Part shown: piece after piece, positions 59,287-64,000 of the stretch
Layout: each line of letters opens with the position of its first letter
Numbering within the stretch: the first letter of the stretch is position 1
DNA from: Bordetella parapertussis
Lineage (GTDB): Bacteria; Pseudomonadota; Gammaproteobacteria; Burkholderiales; SG8-41
DNA: 64,000 nt
Direction: 5' to 3'
Assembly: GCA_945906815.1 (NCBI GenBank)
Contig: CAMDRT010000011.1
Span: 27,091 to 91,090 of the forward strand
Notes under the pieces: generated by a model
Databases searched by the model: none
What the model saw: only the letters and a program-made list of their open reading frames with translations
Told to the model about the DNA's origin: nothing
Program-made: the position numbers and the translations under genes

Positions 59287-59967
59287 GTGAACATAGACAA
59301 GCTAGTCATCGCCTCTGGTAATGCTGGAAAAGTGCGCGAATTTCGCCAGTTGTGCGAGCCGCTGGGGTTGACGATCCTGTCGCAATTCGACCTGGGCATA
59401 GTTGAAGTGGACGAGCCGCATTGCACCTTTGTCGAAAACGCGCTGGCCAAGGCGCGTCACGCGAGCCGCGCATCGGGATTGCCGGCGTTGGCGGATGATT
59501 CGGGCATCTGCGTGGCGGCGCTGCGCGGCGCGCCCGGTGTGCACTCGGCGCGTTTTTGTGCGCCGAATGAAGCAGGAGCGCGCTTTTGTGCGCCGAACGA
59601 ACCAGGGGCTCGTTTTGCCACCGAGGATGCCCCCGCGGGTGCTACGCAGGATGCGCGCAACAATGCGAAGTTGATCAGAATGCTGGAGGGTACGGTCAAT
59701 CCCAGTGCGCATTACACCTGTGTGCTGGTGCTGGTGCGCCACGCCGATGATCCCGAACCCCTCATCGCTGAAGGGCGCTGGCACGGTGAAATTATCGCCG
59801 TGCCGCGCGGCGAGGGTGGCTTCGGTTACGATCCGTATTTTTATGTGCCGGCGCTGGATAAAACAGCGGCGGAACTGCCGCCCGCCGTAAAGAACGGCAT
59901 CAGCCATCGCGGTCAGGCATGGGCGGCGCTTGCGGCTAGGCTGCGCGGTGTGAGAGGTGAGACGTGA
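59287..59967 (+). CDS. rdgB: non-canonical purine NTP pyrophosphatase (with internal duplication)
   Basis: ASGNAGK, ADDSG, PGVHSARF, GFGYDP, KN.ISHR. Confidence 0.95.
   Translation: MNIDKLVIASGNAGKVREFRQLCEPLGLTILSQFDLGIVEVDEPHCTFVENALAKARHASRASGLPALADDSGICVAALRGAPGVHSARFCAPNEAGARFCAPNEPGARFATEDAPAGATQDARNNAKLIRMLEGTVNPSAHYTCVLVLVRHADDPEPLIAEGRWHGEIIAVPRGEGGFGYDPYFYVPALDKTAAELPPAVKNGISHRGQAWAALAARLRGVRGET
59548..59616 (+). repeat. in-frame 30-bp tandem repeat (about 2.3 copies) in rdgB
   Basis: ARFCAPNEAG-ARFCAPNEPG-ARF. Confidence 0.9.
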
Positions 59968-60044
59968 GGCGCGAGGGAGCGTCACACGATGCAACGCGCA
60001 TGGCTTTGCCCACTGCGCCTCACGCCACACGCTTGACGCCTCAC
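59950..60044. repeat. inverted heptamer arrays (GTGAGNN)n overlapping the rdgB end and hemW start
   Basis: gtgagag gtgagac gtgaggc gcgaggg ... gcctcac gccacac gcttgac gcctcac. Confidence 0.75.
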
Positions 60045-61208
60045 GCAAAACCGCACTTCGCTGCGCTGCCGCCGCTGGCGCTCTACATCCATATCCCATG
60101 GTGCCTGCGCAAATGCCCGTATTGCGATTTCAATTCGCATGCGTTACGCGGGGAAAGTGGTGAAATTCCGGAGCAGGCGTACGTCGCCGCGCTGGTCGCC
60201 GACTTGGAGCAGACCCTGCCGCGGGTGTGGGGGCGGCGCATCCACAGCGTATTTTTCGGCGGCGGCACACCGAGTTTGCTGTCGGGCGCGGGCGTGGACG
60301 CGATACTCACGGCGGTGCGTGCGCGCCTGGCGTTAAATCCCGATGCGGAGATTACGCTGGAGGCCAATCCCGGCACGGTGGAGGCGCAGCGCTTTCGCGA
60401 GTACCGGGCGGCCGGGGTGAACCGCTTGTCGCTTGGCATCCAGAGCTTTAATCCGCGCCACCTGAAAGCGCTGGGGCGCATCCACGACGACACGCAAGCA
60501 CGGCGCGCCATCGACATTGCGCGCGAGCATTTCGATAATTTCAACGTGGATTTGATGTACGGCTTGCCACAACAAAGCGTGACTGAAGCGCGCGCCGACG
60601 TCGAAGCCGCGCTGGCGTTCGAGCCGCCGCATCTGTCGGTCTATCACCTGACACTGGAGCCCAACACGTACTTTCATCGTTATCCGCCGCCCCTGCCAGA
60701 TGACGATAGCGCGGCCGCCATGCAGGCCGACATCGAAGCGCTGCTGGCGGCGCGGGGTTATGACAATTACGAAACCTCGGCCTACGCCCGGCCCGCCATG
60801 CGTTGCCAGCACAATCTGAATTACTGGCAATTCGGCGATTACATCGGCATCGGCGCGGGCGCGCACGGCAAGCTTTCGTTTGCCGACCGCGTGGTGCGCG
60901 AGGCACGCTACCGCCAGCCCGGGCAGTTCATGGAGCAGGCCGCCGCCGGCAACGCGATCCAGGAAACGCACGAGGTTGCTGCCGGCGCGCTCGGTTTTGA
61001 ATTCATGATGAACGCGCTGCGCCTGAATGGTGGTTTCGATCTGCGCTTATTTGCCGAACGGGCTGGCGTGCCGCTGACCAGCGTGTTAAAACCGCTACAG
61101 GCGGCGGAGCAGCGCGGATTGATCACGCGCGATCATCAGCACCTTGCGCCGACGCTGCTGGGGCGGCGCTTTCTGAATGATTTGCTGCAATTGTTTCTCC
61201 CGGATTAG
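60000..61208 (+). CDS. hemW: radical SAM heme chaperone HemW
   Basis: YIHIPWCLRKCPYCDFN, GGGTPS, HNLNYW; follows rdgB. Confidence 0.93.
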   Translation: MALPTAPHATRLTPHAKPHFAALPPLALYIHIPWCLRKCPYCDFNSHALRGESGEIPEQAYVAALVADLEQTLPRVWGRRIHSVFFGGGTPSLLSGAGVDAILTAVRARLALNPDAEITLEANPGTVEAQRFREYRAAGVNRLSLGIQSFNPRHLKALGRIHDDTQARRAIDIAREHFDNFNVDLMYGLPQQSVTEARADVEAALAFEPPHLSVYHLTLEPNTYFHRYPPPLPDDDSAAAMQADIEALLAARGYDNYETSAYARPAMRCQHNLNYWQFGDYIGIGAGAHGKLSFADRVVREARYRQPGQFMEQAAAGNAIQETHEVAAGALGFEFMMNALRLNGGFDLRLFAERAGVPLTSVLKPLQAAEQRGLITRDHQHLAPTLLGRRFLNDLLQLFLPD

Positions 61209-61222
61209 ACAAGGAGTACGGT

Positions 61223-62197
61223 ATGCGTGGCGTCATCAAAACAACCCTTGGCGCAGCAGCGCTGGTCATCATGGTGGGCGTACCGGCAGCGGCACAAACC
61301 TATCCCAACAAGCTGGTGAGATTTGTGGTGACCTATCCGCCGGGCGGCAGTTCCGATGTGATGGCACGCATTCTCGGCCAGCAGTTGAGTGAATACTGGG
61401 GCCAGCCGGTGATCGTCGAATCGCGGCCGGGCGCTGATGGCGCCATCGGCATGGAGTACGCCTCGAAACAAGCCGCGGACGGTTACACCTTTTTGCTTGG
61501 CAACTTCGGTCCGGTGGTCGCCAAGCCGCTGCTGGCAAAAGTGAATTACGACTGGCAGAAGGATTTTGCGCCGGTGTCACGCATTACCAACTCAGCGAAT
61601 ATTCTGGTGGTGCCGGTGACCCTACCGGTGAAGGACGCGAAACAATTGGTGGCGCTGGCAAAAGCACGCCCCGGTGAACTGACCTATGGCACCAGCGGCC
61701 CGGGCAGCATGTCGCACTTCGCGGGCGAAATGTTCCAGCGCATCGCGGGCGTTAAAATGATTACGGTCAATTACAAAGGCAATGCGCTGGCGATTACCGA
61801 CCTCATGGGCGGTCAGATCACCACCATGTTTTCAGATGCGGTGCCGGCGATGCAAGCGATGAAAACCGGCAAGCTGCGTGCGATGGCGGTCACCAGCGAG
61901 CAGCGCTGGCCGTTTACCCCTGAATTGCCGACGCTGGCTGAAGAGGGTCTGAAGGGTTTTGCAGCGGTCAACTGGTGGGGCATACTGTTTCCGGCGGGTG
62001 TGCCGCGACCGATCATCGACAAGGTCAATGCGGATCTGATCAAGGCACTGGCGACGCACAACGTCAAGTCGCGCCTCGGGGAGCTCGGCGTCGAAACCGT
62101 ATCCAGCAGCCCGGAGCAGTTCGGCGCCTTCATGGCGAGCGAAACCGCACGCTGGGGCAAGCTCATCAAGGACGCCAATCTCAGGGTTGAAAAATGA
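61223..62197 (+). CDS. Bug/TctC substrate-binding protein
   Basis: YPNKLVRFVVTYPPGG, RPGADG, NYKG. Confidence 0.92.
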   Translation: MRGVIKTTLGAAALVIMVGVPAAAQTYPNKLVRFVVTYPPGGSSDVMARILGQQLSEYWGQPVIVESRPGADGAIGMEYASKQAADGYTFLLGNFGPVVAKPLLAKVNYDWQKDFAPVSRITNSANILVVPVTLPVKDAKQLVALAKARPGELTYGTSGPGSMSHFAGEMFQRIAGVKMITVNYKGNALAITDLMGGQITTMFSDAVPAMQAMKTGKLRAMAVTSEQRWPFTPELPTLAEEGLKGFAAVNWWGILFPAGVPRPIIDKVNADLIKALATHNVKSRLGELGVETVSSSPEQFGAFMASETARWGKLIKDANLRVEK

Positions 62198-62224
62198 TGT
62201 TGCCGCGAGCGATCACCTGCGGCG

Positions 62225-62902
62225 CTATGCGCCGGCGCGTTTAAATACCACATCCCACACCCCGTGCCCGAGTTTCAGCCCGCGCGCCTCGAATTTGGTG
62301 CGCGGTCTATAGTCCGGGCGCGGTGCAAAATTGGCCGCTGTATTTTCAAGCGTGGGGGTGGCGCTGAACACCGCCAGTATCTGCTGCGCGTATTCATGCC
62401 AGTCGGTGGCGGCATGCAGATAGCCTGACGGTTTTAATTTGCCGGCCAGCGTCGCGGCCAGCGGCGCCTGGATCAGGCGCCGTTTTTGCTGGCGTTTTTT
62501 TGGCCACGGATCGGGAAAAAAAATGTGGATGCCCTCCAGGCTGGCCGGAGCGATCATGTGCCGCAGGACTTCCACCGCGTCGTGCTGGATGATGCGCACA
62601 TTGCTGAGCGCAAGACTATCGATGTGTTGGAGCAGACTGCCCACGCCCGGCGTGTGTACTTCGATGCCGAGATAATCGTTTTGCGGCAGCGCACGCGCGA
62701 TGGCCGCGGTGGTTTCACCCATACCGAATCCGATTTCCAGAATTTTCGGTGCAGTGCGGCCGAATACCTGGTCCAGGTCGAGGCAGGCTTGTGAAAATGC
62801 CACGCCGTAGCGGGGTAGCAGCGTCAGGTGTGCACGGCTCTGCGCGTTGGAGATACGGCCCTGGCGCAGCACGTAACTGCGGATGTGGGGGTGGGAGTTC
62901 AT
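62225..62902 (-). CDS. trmB: tRNA (guanine-N7)-methyltransferase
   Basis: [36 protein letters not shown]. Confidence 0.96.
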   Translation of the reverse strand: MNSHPHIRSYVLRQGRISNAQSRAHLTLLPRYGVAFSQACLDLDQVFGRTAPKILEIGFGMGETTAAIARALPQNDYLGIEVHTPGVGSLLQHIDSLALSNVRIIQHDAVEVLRHMIAPASLEGIHIFFPDPWPKKRQQKRRLIQAPLAATLAGKLKPSGYLHAATDWHEYAQQILAVFSATPTLENTAANFAPRPDYRPRTKFEARGLKLGHGVWDVVFKRAGA

Positions 62903-62907
62903 GAGAC

Positions 62908-62990
62908 AGTTTGGAGTTGAGAGTTCGGCGTTCAGAGTAACAGCACGACAGCGCGAGGTTACTCTCAACTTTCAACTCCCAACTCTCAAC
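62908..62990. repeat. inverted heptamer arrays (AGTTNRG)n/(ACTYYCA)n
   Basis: agtttgg agttgag agttcgg cgttcag ... actctca actttca actccca actctca; includes the thiG stop. Confidence 0.72.
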
Positions 62991-63798
62991 CCATTTTTCC
63001 GCCCGCTATCATGCCCCCCGTAGGCGAACTCGGCGCTGCCGAATACAGCTTTTTTGGCATGCGCCCCGCTTGCCAGGCTTCGCGTCCGGCGGCGACCGCT
63101 TTTTTCATGGCGCTGGCCATCAACACCGGGTCGCGCGCGGCGGCGATCGCGGTATTCATCAGTACCGCGTCACAGCCCAATTCCATGGCTATCGCCGCGT
63201 CGGAAGCCGTGCCCACGCCGGCATCAACTACCACCGGCACCTTGGCATTTTCGATAATGATTTGTAGATTCCAGGGATTCAAAATGCCCATGCCGGAACC
63301 GATCAACGAGGCCAGCGGCATCACCGCGACGCAGCCGATGTCTTCCAGTTGTTTGGCGATGATCGGGTCATCCGAGGTGTAGACCATCACCTTGAAGCCG
63401 TCTTTCACCAGCGTCTTTGCCGCAACTATAGTTTCGACCACGTTGGGATAGAGCGTTTTCGGATCGCCCAGTACTTCGAGCTTGACCAGGTCATGGCCGT
63501 CGAGCAGTTCGCGCGCGAGCCGCAAGGTGCGCACGGCATCGTCAGCCGTGTAGCAGCCCGCGGTATTGGGCAGCAGGGTGAATTTCGATGGTGGCAATAC
63601 TTCTAGCAAACTCGGCTCGCCGGGATTCTGGCCGATGTTGGTGCGGCGTATCGCCACGGTAATGATTTGCGCGCCACTGGCATCGACTGCCGCGCGGGTC
63701 TCGGCAAAATCCTTGTATTTGCCGGTGCCCACCAACAGCCGCGAGCCGTACGCCTTGCCGCCGATTAGCAGCGGGTCCAGATTTTCATGCGCAGTCAT
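62986..63798 (-). CDS. thiG: thiazole synthase
   Basis: [34 protein letters not shown]. Confidence 0.97.
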   Translation of the reverse strand: MTAHENLDPLLIGGKAYGSRLLVGTGKYKDFAETRAAVDASGAQIITVAIRRTNIGQNPGEPSLLEVLPPSKFTLLPNTAGCYTADDAVRTLRLARELLDGHDLVKLEVLGDPKTLYPNVVETIVAAKTLVKDGFKVMVYTSDDPIIAKQLEDIGCVAVMPLASLIGSGMGILNPWNLQIIIENAKVPVVVDAGVGTASDAAIAMELGCDAVLMNTAIAAARDPVLMASAMKKAVAAGREAWQAGRMPKKLYSAAPSSPTGGMIAGGKMG

Positions 63799-63820
63799 AG
63801 GGCATCCTTTTCAGGTGGAT

Positions 63821-64000
63821 TTAACCGCCACCGACGGCTACCACGATTTCAATTTTGTCACCGTCGGCAAGCGTATGCTCGGCATGGCGGCCGCGCGGCA
63901 CAATTTCGCCATTGCATTCTAGCGCTATGCGCTTGCCCGCGAGTCCCAGCGCCTCGATCAGGTCGGCGCAATTCAGCGCATTTTGATACTGGCGCGATGC
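63821..64000 (-). CDS. thiS: sulfur carrier protein ThiS (5' truncated by window)
   Basis: Not in the ORF track; translates ...KRIALECNGEIVPR...DGDKIEIVVAVGGG*, upstream of thiG. Confidence 0.93.
   Translation of the reverse strand, partial: ASRQYQNALNCADLIEALGLAGKRIALECNGEIVPRGRHAEHTLADGDKIEIVVAVGGG

Overview
GC-rich bacterial DNA, most likely Betaproteobacteria (Burkholderiales-like), judged from the expansion of Bug/TctC solute receptors and the gene set. Positions ~1-54 kb form a catabolic/accessory tract. It holds Bug receptors, two Cys-type sulfatases, 2OG dioxygenases, amidohydrolases, enoyl-CoA hydratases, CoA transferases, an Opp/Dpp-type ABC operon and two toxin-antitoxin pairs. 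Positions ~54-64 kb are housekeeping (spoT-rpoZ-gmk-yicC, rph-rdgB-hemW, trmB, thiG, thiS). Top finding: the two ORF-track fragments 26502-26810 and 25932-26498 are one family-I CoA-transferase-fold alpha subunit read through an in-frame TGA (D-N-T-TGA-G-V-L). A bacterial SECIS-like hairpin follows directly, making it a candidate selenoprotein, and the partner beta subunit appears to lack the canonical catalytic Glu. Also seen: a 207-bp IS4-like MITE with terminal inverted repeats and target duplication, a two-gene segment bounded by 19-bp perfect inverted repeats, an ISAs1 remnant, several REP-like classes and an in-frame tandem duplication in RdgB. No rRNA, tRNA or CRISPR array was seen. Family assignments come from motif recognition by eye, not database searches.
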